Shown: positions 1-9,384 of the stretch, piece by piece
Layout of the letters: every line of letters starts with the position of its first letter
Numbering within the stretch: position 1 is the first letter of the stretch
Assembly (NCBI GenBank): GCA_963675765.1
Contig: OY776568.1
Span: 2,313,407-2,377,406 of the forward strand
Reading direction: 5' to 3'
Source of the DNA: Phycisphaerae bacterium
Lineage (GTDB): Bacteria > Planctomycetota > Phycisphaerae > UBA1845
Length of the DNA: 64,000 bases
Notes under the pieces: generated by a model
What the model was told of the DNA's origin: nothing
Database searches by the model: none
What the model saw: only the letters and a program-made list of their open reading frames with translations
Position numbers and translations under genes: made by a program

Positions 1-861
1 CTCAGCCGTCCCGGCCATCTCTGCCGCCAACTCCTTAGCGCGTTCCGGCTTCTCGCCGCCAAAGTAGACCAGTGCCGACGCCGGACACTTCTTGAACAAC
101 TTGTCCAGATCCTCTTCCCCGTTATAGGTGTCGTAGTTTAGACAAGCAAGATTGTTACGAACTTCGAACAGTTCGTTGAACAACTTCTGACACACCTTGC
201 AGCCGACGCAGCCGGCAGTACAAACCTGCTTGACGTTCTTGGCAGGTTCAGGGTTAGCACAAGCAACCGCCAGCATGTGCTTCTGCTTAAAGGGGATGTT
301 CTCGATAAGATTCCTGGGGCACGCCCGAGCACATGCGCCGCAGCCCGTGCATTTGTCATAGATGACTACCGGCGATCCTTCAACCATGACCATGGCGCCA
401 AAAGTGCACGCCTTCACACAATCGCCATACCCCAAGCACCCATACGTGCAAGCCTGAGTCACACCGACAACATGCGCCTCAGCGCACGTCTGAACCCCGT
501 CATACCGAACACGCCCGAGTTTCTCATGGTTCTTCGCACCGCAATGCAAAATTGGGCGGAACGGGTAAGTTTTGACTACTTCCACACCGAGAATCTTGGC
601 CACCAACTCCGCCGTCTTCGAACCACCTACCGGACAACCATCACACGGTGCTCTATCCTCGACGACGGCCTTCGCAAAATCAGAACAACCGGCATATCCA
701 CAACCGCCACAGTTAGCAGCCGGAAGCACCTCGTTTATCTGGCCAATGCGCGGATCTTCGTCTACTCGAAGCTTCTCCTTGGCCACCCCCAACAAACCGG
801 CGAAGAACAAAGTAAGCCCGAATAAGGCTGCAGCAGCCAGAGCAATCAGAAGCAGATTCAT
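1..861 (-). CDS. rnfB: RnfB, ferredoxin-type subunit of the Rnf complex (partial; the C-terminus runs off the left window edge)
   Basis: Missing from the ORF track because it is open at the window edge. I checked that + strand triplets 1-3, 4-6 ... 859-861 contain no tta/cta/tca. The translation is MNLLLIALAAAALFGL... (membrane anchor), with CGGCGYAGC and CTGCGACARACP / CVGCKVC Fe-S motifs. ATG at 861 is preceded by GGAGAAGGG. It lies directly downstream of rnfA. Confidence 0.85.
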   Translation of the reverse strand, partial: MNLLLIALAAAALFGLTLFFAGLLGVAKEKLRVDEDPRIGQINEVLPAANCGGCGYAGCSDFAKAVVEDRAPCDGCPVGGSKTAELVAKILGVEVVKTYPFRPILHCGAKNHEKLGRVRYDGVQTCAEAHVVGVTQACTYGCLGYGDCVKACTFGAMVMVEGSPVVIYDKCTGCGACARACPRNLIENIPFKQKHMLAVACANPEPAKNVKQVCTAGCVGCKVCQKLFNELFEVRNNLACLNYDTYNGEEDLDKLFKKCPASALVYFGGEKPERAKELAAEMAGTAE

Positions 862-879
862 ATTCCCTTCTCCGCGGGG

Positions 880-1500
880 CTACGCACCAATACCCATGAA
901 CCCCATGAACGCCAACGCCAGAATACTGGCAACCAACAAGGTAATGCCGGGGCCTCGCAACGGCTTGGGCACATCACTAAACTGAATGTGCTCCCGAACG
1001 CCGGCCATAATGGTAATGGCGATGGCGAAACCAACTCCACCACCAAACGCGTACACCGCAGCATTCAACAAATGCTGAGTCTCCGGCTTCATGTCGATAT
1101 ACAAGCACGTCCCCAAAATCGCACAGTTGGTGGTGATCAGCGGCAGAAAAACACCAAAAGCGCTGTACAACGGCGGGAAGAACTTCCGCAAGTACATCTC
1201 CACCAATTGCACCATGGAAGCAATAACCATGATGAACGCGACATACTTCAGAAAGTTCAGCGCGTTGGGGTCACCCAATAGGCTTTGCCCCAAAGGCTGA
1301 AAAATACCGTGGACAATCAACCACGTAACCACGCCGGAGACGGTTATGACGAAAGTAACGGCACACCCCATCCCGAAAGCCATATCCACCTTCCGAGATA
1401 CTCCCAGAAACGGGCATATCCCCAGAAACTGTGATAGGACCAAGTTGTTGACCAATACGATACTAATGAAGATGCCGATCAGTGCCCCGAAATCCATCAC
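880..1500 (-). CDS. rnfA: RnfA, membrane subunit of the Rnf complex
   Basis: 206-aa polytopic protein. VLVNNLVLSQFLGICPFLGVS and LPLITTNCAILG match the RnfA/NqrE family. ATGA overlap with rnfE. Confidence 0.9.
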   Translation of the reverse strand: MMDFGALIGIFISIVLVNNLVLSQFLGICPFLGVSRKVDMAFGMGCAVTFVITVSGVVTWLIVHGIFQPLGQSLLGDPNALNFLKYVAFIMVIASMVQLVEMYLRKFFPPLYSAFGVFLPLITTNCAILGTCLYIDMKPETQHLLNAAVYAFGGGVGFAIAITIMAGVREHIQFSDVPKPLRGPGITLLVASILALAFMGFMGIGA

Positions 1501-2123
1501 GCACCTCCCTTCATCTTATCCCGCAAATGGTTCACAACGCCAATGACGATCCCCAAAGTCAGGAACGCTCCCGGTGGCAAAACCATGATTACCCAACAGT
1601 GGTCGGCGGCAATATCCTTGGGAATGATCTGATGCTTGAGAATGCATCCTTCACCCATAAACTCTCTGATCACACCCAGAATAGTCAAGGCCATGGTAAA
1701 ACCAATTCCAATACCAAAGGCATCCGCAAGCGATCTCCCCACGCCGTTCTTGATCGCCACAACCTCAGCTCGACAGATGATTATGCAGTTGACAATGATC
1801 AACGGCACGAACGCTCCCAGCTTCTTGCTCACCTCAAACATGTACGCCTTGAGGAAAAGATCGGCCAGCGTGACAAACGTGGCGATGGTCAAAGTGAAAA
1901 CGAGAATACGCACGTGAGGCTGGATTAGATTGCGCAACAAACTCGTGGTCAGGTTGCTCATTACCACAACAAATGTCGCCGCCGCACCCATAACCAAAGC
2001 ATTCTCCACCGAGTTGGTGATTGCCAATACCGGGCACATCCCCAGCAACTGCACCAAAACCGGATTGTTGGAGAATACTCCATCAGAGAACTGCCTGAGA
2101 TTCGATCCGTTTTCGTCCGCCAT
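1497..2123 (-). CDS. rnfE: RnfE, membrane subunit of the Rnf complex
   Basis: 208 aa. NNPVLVQLLGMCPVLAIT and PLIIVNCIIICRAE match the RnfE/NqrD family. Confidence 0.9.
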   Translation of the reverse strand: MADENGSNLRQFSDGVFSNNPVLVQLLGMCPVLAITNSVENALVMGAAATFVVVMSNLTTSLLRNLIQPHVRILVFTLTIATFVTLADLFLKAYMFEVSKKLGAFVPLIIVNCIIICRAEVVAIKNGVGRSLADAFGIGIGFTMALTILGVIREFMGEGCILKHQIIPKDIAADHCWVIMVLPPGAFLTLGIVIGVVNHLRDKMKGGA

Positions 2124-2150
2124 GGACTTCTATCTCCTACGCATATCTAA

Positions 2151-2238
2151 AGCGTTACTGGTCCGAGTAAGCGTCAAACAACGAGAATCAACCGAAGGAA
2201 ACCGCGTCAGCCGCTTCACTTCACTAGAGCCCTCGCTA
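2151..2238 (+). repeat. About-90-bp structured intergenic repeat, copy A (forward)
   Basis: agcgttactggtccgagtaagcgtcaaacaacgagaatc...ccgcttcacttcactagagccctcgcta. It lies inside the rnf operon between rnfG and rnfE. Its last 3 nt are the rnfG stop codon. Confidence 0.8.
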
Positions 2239-2802
2239 GTGCAGTTTGCCAAGCTCCGGCTTCAGCTCCTTCGCCAGTTTGTTGACTATGTCGGTCACAT
2301 ACCTACTTGACCACGTGGCTCCCGTTATGGCTTGGATCTCGTTAGCTTCCTTGTTCCTCGGCCCCTTGACCACCTCGATCTTTCGCCCCGTGTCCAGATC
2401 CTTATATTGCCCAATCCACTCCGGCCCCAGAATCTTGTTACCCAGTCCCGGCGTCTCCTTGTTGTCAATCACTTTGACGCCCAGGATCGATTCGCCCTTC
2501 ACGTCAATGCCGGCCACCAGCTTAATCTTGTCAACAAACCCGCCACCTTCCGCCTGAACCGCCCAGCCGACCGGACGATTACTCTCATTGAGACATTTGA
2601 ACACCGTGCCGTCGAATCCCTCCGGAGTAACCTCCTCAGTCTTCACGGTACCAGGCACCACCTCGCGGATTGCCTGATTCAGGGCGGCATTCTCGTTTTC
2701 ACCTATACGATCGCTCAGGCTCATCTGCGCCGCGGCCAGCATGGCCCCGAAACTCAAGCCCATGACTACCACCAACCAAGATTCTCTAATGAACTTACTC
2801 AC
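2236..2802 (-). CDS. rnfG: RnfG, FMN-binding subunit of the Rnf complex
   Basis: 188 aa with an N-terminal membrane anchor and an FMN_bind-type domain. ITGATWSS is a flavinylation-type motif. Position between rnfD and rnfE. Confidence 0.85.
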   Translation of the reverse strand: MSKFIRESWLVVVMGLSFGAMLAAAQMSLSDRIGENENAALNQAIREVVPGTVKTEEVTPEGFDGTVFKCLNESNRPVGWAVQAEGGGFVDKIKLVAGIDVKGESILGVKVIDNKETPGLGNKILGPEWIGQYKDLDTGRKIEVVKGPRNKEANEIQAITGATWSSRYVTDIVNKLAKELKPELGKLH

Positions 2803-2835
2803 GATCTCACCGATCTCGTTATCTGTGGACCAATA

Positions 2836-3864
2836 CTACTCAACCGGCACACCACCGTACGGAGTGGGAGCCGTCCATCGCTCAATCAGCGGCGTCAGGG
2901 CATTCATGATTAGAATGGCAAACATGAATCCCTCCGGATACGCGCCGTATAACCGAATAACCATCACCAACACGCCGACACCAATACCGAAAATCAAGCG
3001 CCCCTTCGGTGTCAGCGGCGCCCCAACATAGTCAGTAGCGATGAAAAATGCTCCAAACATCAACGCTCCGCTCGTGAGGTGCTTCAACACATGCTCAGGA
3101 TTCCCTGTAGCAAGCGCCGCGAATACTATTACAGCTATGAACACTCCCAACGGTTGACGCCAGTCGGCCACTCGGCGAATTACCAAATACAAGCCGCCGA
3201 TCAATGCAGCCAACGCGCTTGTCTCACCTACACTGCCCCCCACATTACCGATGAATAAGTCCATGACCGAGGGCATGTCCTCCATCGCCTTCTGTGCCAA
3301 CGCCAACGGCGTAGCCATAGTGACTCCGTCGATCCCGGGATCACCAATCAAGTGCCGGCTGACCGGCTCGAGCCAATAACCCATGGCCGCGGGAAAACAA
3401 ACCATAAGAAATGCTCTTCCGACCATCGCTGGATTGAACAGATTCTGCCCAAGCCCGCCGAACACTGCCTTGGCTAAACCTATGGCCACCACACCCCCAA
3501 CAAACGCCATGTATGGCTGAAGTCCCGGCGGAAGAGAAAACGCCAATATCACTCCTGTCACCACTGCACTACCGTCACCCAGCGATGCCTGCGAACGTCC
3601 TCGCATCCAGTTACCCACCGCTTCAGCAAAAAGGCAACCGGCTACGGCACATCCCGTCAGAATCACCGCAAACTCCCGGTAAATCCAAACGGAAACGATG
3701 AACATCGGGAGCATTGCCAATACCACCTCAAACATAATCCGACGAGTGGTAACGGTGTCCGAAAGGTGGGGAGCGGCACTAACCAGAAACTGCCTATCCC
3801 GATTCCAGGTCGGAGTACTCTCTGCAGTAGCTGCCTGTTCGGGAATATTCGCTGCGTCACTCAT
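2836..3864 (-). CDS. rnfD: RnfD, membrane subunit of the Rnf complex
   Basis: 342-aa polytopic protein of the RnfD/NqrB family (GGSVGETSALAALIGG, FFIATDYVGAP). Operon position. Confidence 0.9.
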   Translation of the reverse strand: MSDAANIPEQAATAESTPTWNRDRQFLVSAAPHLSDTVTTRRIMFEVVLAMLPMFIVSVWIYREFAVILTGCAVAGCLFAEAVGNWMRGRSQASLGDGSAVVTGVILAFSLPPGLQPYMAFVGGVVAIGLAKAVFGGLGQNLFNPAMVGRAFLMVCFPAAMGYWLEPVSRHLIGDPGIDGVTMATPLALAQKAMEDMPSVMDLFIGNVGGSVGETSALAALIGGLYLVIRRVADWRQPLGVFIAVIVFAALATGNPEHVLKHLTSGALMFGAFFIATDYVGAPLTPKGRLIFGIGVGVLVMVIRLYGAYPEGFMFAILIMNALTPLIERWTAPTPYGGVPVE

Positions 3865-3890
3865 CGATCATCCTGCTCCTATTGGCCGGC

Positions 3891-5297
3891 TCAATCCTGC
3901 TTGGCCTTCTCAAGCGCCTCTTGCTCTTTCTTCTGTGCCACCAAAACCCGCCATTGGTTCTTGCCACTGCGAATGTACTGCGGAAGCGGTATCTGGGCCG
4001 GACATACGAAACCACAACAGCCGCACTCACAACAAGCCATCATGTTGATATCCGCGGCCAACTCGTAATTACGCGCCTTCACCGCCTGATAAACCTTCGT
4101 GGGCATAAGGTACAACGGGCAGTTATCAACGCATCGGCCACAACGAATGCAGCTCTTCTCCTCCTGCCGAGCAACCTCCGCCTTGCTCATCACCGTGATA
4201 CCACCCGTCCCCTTGACCACGGGAACATCCAGATTGGGCACACAAGGCCCCATCATCGGACCGCCGGCAAGAACTTTCTCTGCGTCAGCAGTCGTCCCCC
4301 CGCACGCATCAAAGAGATCAGCAAAAAGAGTCCCGATTGGGACAAGCAGATTACACGGTTTGGCAATTCCCTTACCCGTCACACTCACAACTCGGTGAGT
4401 CAACGGCTTATCTCGAACTATGGCCCGCGCAATCGAATGAGCAGTTGCCACATTCACCACTACCACACCCACATCAAGAGGAAGCCCCTTGGGAGCGCTC
4501 GGCACCGTGCGACCGGTCACCGCCGGAATCAACTGCCTTTCCCCACCCATCGGATACTTCGAGGCACACACAGTCACCTCGATTCCCGGCCGACCCGCCG
4601 CCGCTTTCCGCATCGACGCAATGGCATCCGGCTTGTTATCCTCAATACAAATCAACGCCCTCTTCGCCCCGGTTGCGTGTAAAGCCAACTGCAATCCGAC
4701 GACGATTCCCTCCGGACACTCCAACATAAGACGGTGGTCATTCGTCAGATAAGGCTCACACTCGGTGCCATTAAGCAACACCGTATCTACCGGCCGATCT
4801 GGGTTTTTCTTAAGCTTGATGAAAGTAGGGAATGTAGCTCCACCCAATCCCACTATTCCCGACGCCCGAATCTTTGTACATATCTCGTCCGGATCATAAG
4901 AAGTGGGCTCGACTCCGTCCCAATTCCTGTCGAGAAAATCGCTTAGGAAATCCGCCGGAACAGCTTCGCCTTCCGCTGGTAATTTCAACAAAATCGCCGG
5001 CACGCGACGCCCGCCGGGAATCATACACATCGTAGGTTGACCGACGACACCGTTAATCGACGCGTGGATGGGAGCAGAGACAAAGGCATCCGTGTCAGCT
5101 ACCTTGTCACCTATCTTCACTTCATCCCTGTTCTTCACTACCGGCTCACATGGCGCACCTATATGCTGAGCCATGGGAATAAGCAGATTCTCTTTGGGAA
5201 CAAAAAGCTGTATGGGCTCCGCCTCTGTGTACTTACGGTGCGGAGGATGAATACCTCGGTGAAAGCTCTTGGCACCACCTGACGTTGCCGTGCTCAT
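3891..5297 (-). CDS. rnfC: RnfC, NADH-side Fe-S subunit of the Rnf complex
   Basis: 468 aa with two ferredoxin motifs (CIRCGRCVDNCP, CCECGCCGFVCP) and a GLGGATFPT region. First gene of the rnfCDGEAB order. Confidence 0.9.
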   Translation of the reverse strand: MSTATSGGAKSFHRGIHPPHRKYTEAEPIQLFVPKENLLIPMAQHIGAPCEPVVKNRDEVKIGDKVADTDAFVSAPIHASINGVVGQPTMCMIPGGRRVPAILLKLPAEGEAVPADFLSDFLDRNWDGVEPTSYDPDEICTKIRASGIVGLGGATFPTFIKLKKNPDRPVDTVLLNGTECEPYLTNDHRLMLECPEGIVVGLQLALHATGAKRALICIEDNKPDAIASMRKAAAGRPGIEVTVCASKYPMGGERQLIPAVTGRTVPSAPKGLPLDVGVVVVNVATAHSIARAIVRDKPLTHRVVSVTGKGIAKPCNLLVPIGTLFADLFDACGGTTADAEKVLAGGPMMGPCVPNLDVPVVKGTGGITVMSKAEVARQEEKSCIRCGRCVDNCPLYLMPTKVYQAVKARNYELAADINMMACCECGCCGFVCPAQIPLPQYIRSGKNQWRVLVAQKKEQEALEKAKQD

Positions 5298-5680
5298 GCA
5301 CCACCTCTGTGAATGTTAATCCAAACTCGATCCAGGATAGTCAGAGTAAGCCGTGCAATAAGGACACCGACAACCAAACCGCCCAAACCGCCCAAGGCCT
5401 GCCAACCACACTCCGACCGAAATGTCTCCCCTGCCCACGCTTCCGAGACAAGATAGCCAACCGCAATTGCACAAGCCAAAGGAAACAGAAAAACCATGGC
5501 TGCAGTAAGTGGGATTGGCAACCTCGCCATACCGATCCGAGGACTCTTCGCAGCCGCCTCCATCTCAGATGCAAACGGACAGGATGCACCGCCGTCACAG
5601 TGGCCGCACCCAAACCAGAATCGCTCCAGCATCTTCAACAGAGAGTCTCCAAACCGGTACGTGAAGCGCGCACTCCCCAC
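5294..5680 (-). CDS. Small Cys-motif membrane protein, possibly RseC/MucC-like (SoxR-reducing-system type), upstream of rnfC
   Basis: Up to 128 aa with a CGHCDGGASC motif followed by two predicted TM helices. ATGA overlap with the rnfC start. The start is uncertain (GTG 5680 or ATG 5632). The RseC-like call rests on architecture and on known rnf/rsx-rseC synteny, not on strong sequence identity. Confidence 0.4.
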   Translation of the reverse strand: MGSARFTYRFGDSLLKMLERFWFGCGHCDGGASCPFASEMEAAAKSPRIGMARLPIPLTAAMVFLFPLACAIAVGYLVSEAWAGETFRSECGWQALGGLGGLVVGVLIARLTLTILDRVWINIHRGGA

Positions 5681-5877
5681 ATACGAAAGAACCTATTTAG
5701 CAAAAAATATGCCACTTGATAATGGCGCCATGCAAAAAAGACTCCACCAACCCACCCCCACTCAATGCTAGACCGCACAACCGCTGCCCACTGCAACGCA
5801 TCCCACCGGTCAATAATCACACTAACAAACTGCGGAGTTTCAGCGATACCTGCGCGGAATCACCCACAAAGACGTTC

Positions 5878-6912
5878 TCACTGATCAACAAAAAACGAAT
5901 CAAAGCCGGGAGTCTCGTCCAGTACCAGCCCGTTCTCCCCACGCGTCATCCACATCACTTCAATCGAACCGGCAGCACCGTCCGCCACCAGCCGTTGCCC
6001 CTCTGCCACACTCAACACACTCAACGCCGTCCCCCAAGCATCCGCTGTCAGACCATCGTCAGCTATCACCGTAACACACGGAGCCTCTGCTGCAGGCTGT
6101 CCTGTCCTAGGGTCGATTATGTGAGAGTATCTATGACCATCAATCTCGTAAAACCGCTGCTGATCGCCCGACGTCGCCACAGCTTTGCCTGAAATCGCCA
6201 GCACACCAATCAGCCCCTCCTCAAACGGATGCTTGATGCCAATGCGCCATGGCCTCCCCTCCCTATTCCGACCGATTGCGACTACATCACCACCCACATC
6301 AACCAAAACGTCACTTGCTCCGACGTCCACCATAGCCTTTGCCGCCAAGTCAAGACCATAACCTTTGGCTACCCCCCCTAAGTCCAACTGCACGCCGGCA
6401 ACGCCAAATGAAACACTTTGGGCGCTCTCATCAACTACAACCTTCTGCCAACCGACCGCATATCGTGCCTTGTCGAGTTCATCCGCAGTTGGTAAACGCG
6501 ACTCTCCCCCGCATCGCTTCCACAGTGACACCAGTGGGCGACAAGTAATATCAAAAGCCCCGCCGGTCACCCGAGAAACTTCAAGACCACCGGCTATGCA
6601 GTGAAACGTCTCCGGAGAGACAACCAGACTCGCCCCCTCCGCCAGCGAGTTAAGCTTGCCAATCTCGCTATCTTCCACATAGTCACTCATGAGCCGGTTG
6701 ACACGCTCCAGGGCATTGTAGCCGGCCGCAACGGCCACCGAAGCCTCCGCCTGATCATCACCGACAGCACACAACCGAGAAAACGTCCCCATGATCGTCC
6801 GTGAATACGCGACCTGCTTGCGCTTTGGCGAACCATCTTCCTTGCACCCGGTCGACAGAGTACAAATCGCAACACCAACAACTATCATCCATCCGCGCAT
6901 AAGTCTCTCCAT
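5878..6912 (-). CDS. apbE: FAD:protein FMN transferase ApbE (lipoprotein)
   Basis: 344 aa with a lipobox-like LSTGC. MGTFSRL and GGVAKGYGLD motifs are typical of ApbE. It lies next to rnf, whose RnfG/RnfD subunits need covalent FMN. Confidence 0.85.
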   Translation of the reverse strand: MERLMRGWMIVVGVAICTLSTGCKEDGSPKRKQVAYSRTIMGTFSRLCAVGDDQAEASVAVAAGYNALERVNRLMSDYVEDSEIGKLNSLAEGASLVVSPETFHCIAGGLEVSRVTGGAFDITCRPLVSLWKRCGGESRLPTADELDKARYAVGWQKVVVDESAQSVSFGVAGVQLDLGGVAKGYGLDLAAKAMVDVGASDVLVDVGGDVVAIGRNREGRPWRIGIKHPFEEGLIGVLAISGKAVATSGDQQRFYEIDGHRYSHIIDPRTGQPAAEAPCVTVIADDGLTADAWGTALSVLSVAEGQRLVADGAAGSIEVMWMTRGENGLVLDETPGFDSFFVDQ

Positions 6913-6920
6913 GCAAGTCA

Positions 6921-7010
6921 GAGCACTACTCGTCCAAGCGCGGCGTCAAACAATGACAGCCAACCGAAAAAACGGGGGGCAGACACTGCACTTGATAAGA
7001 GCTTGCTCTA
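6921..7010 (+). repeat. About-90-bp structured intergenic repeat, copy B (forward)
   Basis: gagcactactcgtccaagcgcggcgtcaaacaatgac...cagacactgcacttgataagagcttgctcta. It lies between the prepilin-type gene stop and the apbE start (8 nt from the apbE ATG). Confidence 0.85.
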
Positions 7011-7085
7011 TCGCGCCAATTGCCAGGCAGACCATCAGTCTACCAGGAAGCCTGGTTGGGGCCAGATCTGCTGCGTAAGTGTCAC

Positions 7086-7775
7086 TCAAGGAGATGTGTG
7101 GATGATTCCGCGCCTAGTACGAAAATGGGTAATCAGCCCTGTATCGTTACTGCCATGCATCCAGAAATCCGCCTGCAGAGGAAATCGGGCATCATCGATC
7201 GCACGGCTGTCGAATCCTTCGAAACGCGGAAACTTGGGGCTATTGGCGTCCGGCCCTATGCTCCAGACTGCGTATGAAACTGGCGACGGGATTTCACCAG
7301 CGTAATCGGCATAGTATGCACCATCAGCGGATCTGCAATTGGGAAAATCATTAGGCACCCAAAGTCTGGAACGCGGCCGCCACTTCTTATCGGGTGTATC
7401 AAAAAGAGTCCCGTTGAAATAAATCGCCCCGGGAGCCCTGTATTTGTAGGTATGTGCCGAATCAAAAATATCCCGCAAATCGGCCTGGGGAATACTGCCG
7501 GGACATCGTGGCAAGTACTTGGCATCGGCCAGTTCCACGGGAAGCTGATCGTTGACGTCAGTACCGCAGCCCGATCGTGCAGGCGGATAGCTGTCACCGT
7601 TACTCATAGCATAACTGTCCAGAGCTACGGTAATCTGACGTAAGTCGGCGTGGGCCATCACCACCCGCGCTTGCCTACGAGCTCGCCGTTGCCCTGGAAT
7701 AACCAGGGCAACAAGCAAGCTGATGACGGACACTACAATGAGAAGCTCAAGTAGTGTAAAACCGAAGCGGTTCAT
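7086..7775 (-). CDS. Prepilin-type N-terminal cleavage/methylation domain protein (type II secretion pseudopilin-like, planctomycete DUF1559 style)
   Basis: I moved the start to ATG 7775. MNRFGFTLLELLIVVSVISLLVALVIP is the class-III signal / methylation motif (G|FTLLE). The longer track ORF (to 7826) would overlap the upstream gene. Confidence 0.8.
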   Translation of the reverse strand: MNRFGFTLLELLIVVSVISLLVALVIPGQRRARRQARVVMAHADLRQITVALDSYAMSNGDSYPPARSGCGTDVNDQLPVELADAKYLPRCPGSIPQADLRDIFDSAHTYKYRAPGAIYFNGTLFDTPDKKWRPRSRLWVPNDFPNCRSADGAYYADYAGEIPSPVSYAVWSIGPDANSPKFPRFEGFDSRAIDDARFPLQADFWMHGSNDTGLITHFRTRRGIIHTSP

Positions 7776-7807
7776 ACGTCTTCCGCACGGAGTCACCAGG
7801 TAAGGCC

Positions 7808-8962
7808 TCACCACTGGTTTCCCCACGCAGTTGAGAAAATCCTGAAATCTGCCAAGTCAACATCCATGTCATGATCAAAATCAAAAGCGTCAATGCAATC
7901 CCAGGCCACTAACGGCAATCCCGGATCAGGAATCATGCCGGGCCCGGAAACACAATCCGCAAACGACAGGTAATCGTCCTCATCAACGTCATTGTCATAA
8001 TCCGAATCACCTGTGGGCGTTGCACAGGGAATGACCTCTCCATTACCGTCATAGTCCATGGAAATCCAAACACGGTATCCCGACTTAAAACCATCGCTTC
8101 CGTCCAGATCCTCCTGATCCATAATACCCACAACGTCAAACGTGCCGGGCGGCGGAGAATAAACCTGCCAGCCGTCCCCCAAGGAGAGCTTCACGGGGAA
8201 TGTGCGCCCCGCACCGTCCGTAACCTCCATCACCCCATCCGCTGCCCAGCCGTTCGTTGTAACGAAGCTCACATCGTTGATGCGCACCAGAGTTCCTTGA
8301 TACCGCTCCGGACCACTGCTGCGCGTCTGATCGAAAATGAACTCATCAGTAGCGTCCTTCAACTCTGCCAGCGCCACAACATGCGGGTTCGGTACTCCAT
8401 ACCCAGCCTGTAATAGGTAGATGTCGAAATCCGCCGCCGGATCATTCGTGTGCATCTCGTTGACGTTACTCTTCCCTCTAAACGCCATGCCCGGTGCTCG
8501 AGCCCTTATCTCCACTAGGTCACCCGGCCCAAAAGCGTGCCCACTAATCGGATCGTGCCCTAAACGGTCCAACTCATTAAGCCACCAACTATCGGTGTAG
8601 CTTCCTGCCGGATGATTTCCCAAAATCCGGCCAATGTACTGCCCCATCCACAATGCCGTTCCGCCGAAATCCTCTGCATCAACCGTCTGCACGTAAACCT
8701 GCCAAAGACCACCGAGAAATCCTGGCGCCGCCGCGGCCCCGTCCAACATGAGCGACGATTCGTTCAACCAGACTCCTCGCATCACAATCGGCTCCGCAAA
8801 ACCGAACAGCGCCAGACCATCTCCGTCAACGGCCTGGTAATCCGCGTGCCTCATATACTCCAAGGTGGACCAATCAACATCTCGCTCAGAACCGACAGCA
8901 TGAGCACCGGACAGCATGAGCACCCAACTGGTTGCCACGGAACAGGCTAGCTTCATTATCAA
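7808..8962 (-). CDS. Secreted hypothetical protein with a C-terminal dockerin-like (paired Asp-rich Ca-binding) module
   Basis: 384 aa with a signal peptide (...SGAHAV). The C-terminal repeats DSDYDNDVDEDDY and DFDHDMDVDLADF resemble a dockerin/EF-hand pair. The remainder is unrecognised. Confidence 0.6.
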   Translation of the reverse strand: MIMKLACSVATSWVLMLSGAHAVGSERDVDWSTLEYMRHADYQAVDGDGLALFGFAEPIVMRGVWLNESSLMLDGAAAAPGFLGGLWQVYVQTVDAEDFGGTALWMGQYIGRILGNHPAGSYTDSWWLNELDRLGHDPISGHAFGPGDLVEIRARAPGMAFRGKSNVNEMHTNDPAADFDIYLLQAGYGVPNPHVVALAELKDATDEFIFDQTRSSGPERYQGTLVRINDVSFVTTNGWAADGVMEVTDGAGRTFPVKLSLGDGWQVYSPPPGTFDVVGIMDQEDLDGSDGFKSGYRVWISMDYDGNGEVIPCATPTGDSDYDNDVDEDDYLSFADCVSGPGMIPDPGLPLVAWDCIDAFDFDHDMDVDLADFRIFSTAWGNQW

Positions 8963-9355
8963 ACCTCCACACTCGACAGTTCAGAATCCGTCAACGTAAC
9001 ACGAATACACAGAACGTAGCACGGGGCCACGCAGCGGTCAACATGGCAAGCCCACTTTTCCATCCAGCTCCGCGACGGCCAAACCGTTTCACCTAGCTAG
9101 ATCAACTATCCAAAGCAATATAGTTGAGCTCACAAAGAAGATGCTTATTAATACAGGCAAGCCTGGCAACATGGGAGTTACGGCATGGCATATCCAAAAT
9201 GTTTCCAATAGCCTGCGGCTTCTGCAGCACGCCGAACGACCTTACTTTCGAGGGACCAGCGGCAAACAAAGGTCTCATAACCCCAAAACCCCTCTCACGC
9301 CCCTGTAAAAGCCGTTTCATCAACAAGAACTCTGCCCTAGCCAGCATGTTAATAC

Positions 9356-9384
9356 TTGACCTGTGATGCCAAGACTGATAGAGT
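9356..9384 (+). promoter_or_regulatory. Candidate sigma-70-like promoter far upstream of the PEP-CTERM gene
   Basis: TTGACC (9356-9361), a 17-nt spacer, then TAGAGT (9379-9384). If used, it predicts a 5' leader of about 480 nt. PVC promoter consensus is poorly known, so this is tentative. Confidence 0.3.

Noticed and set aside
138-359. Track ORFs 138-359 (-), 277-825 (+) and 572-985 (+) at the left edge.
   Set aside because: All overlap the open minus-strand frame that encodes RnfB (1-861). That frame has clear Fe-S motifs and operon context. The listed ORFs are alternative-frame artefacts.
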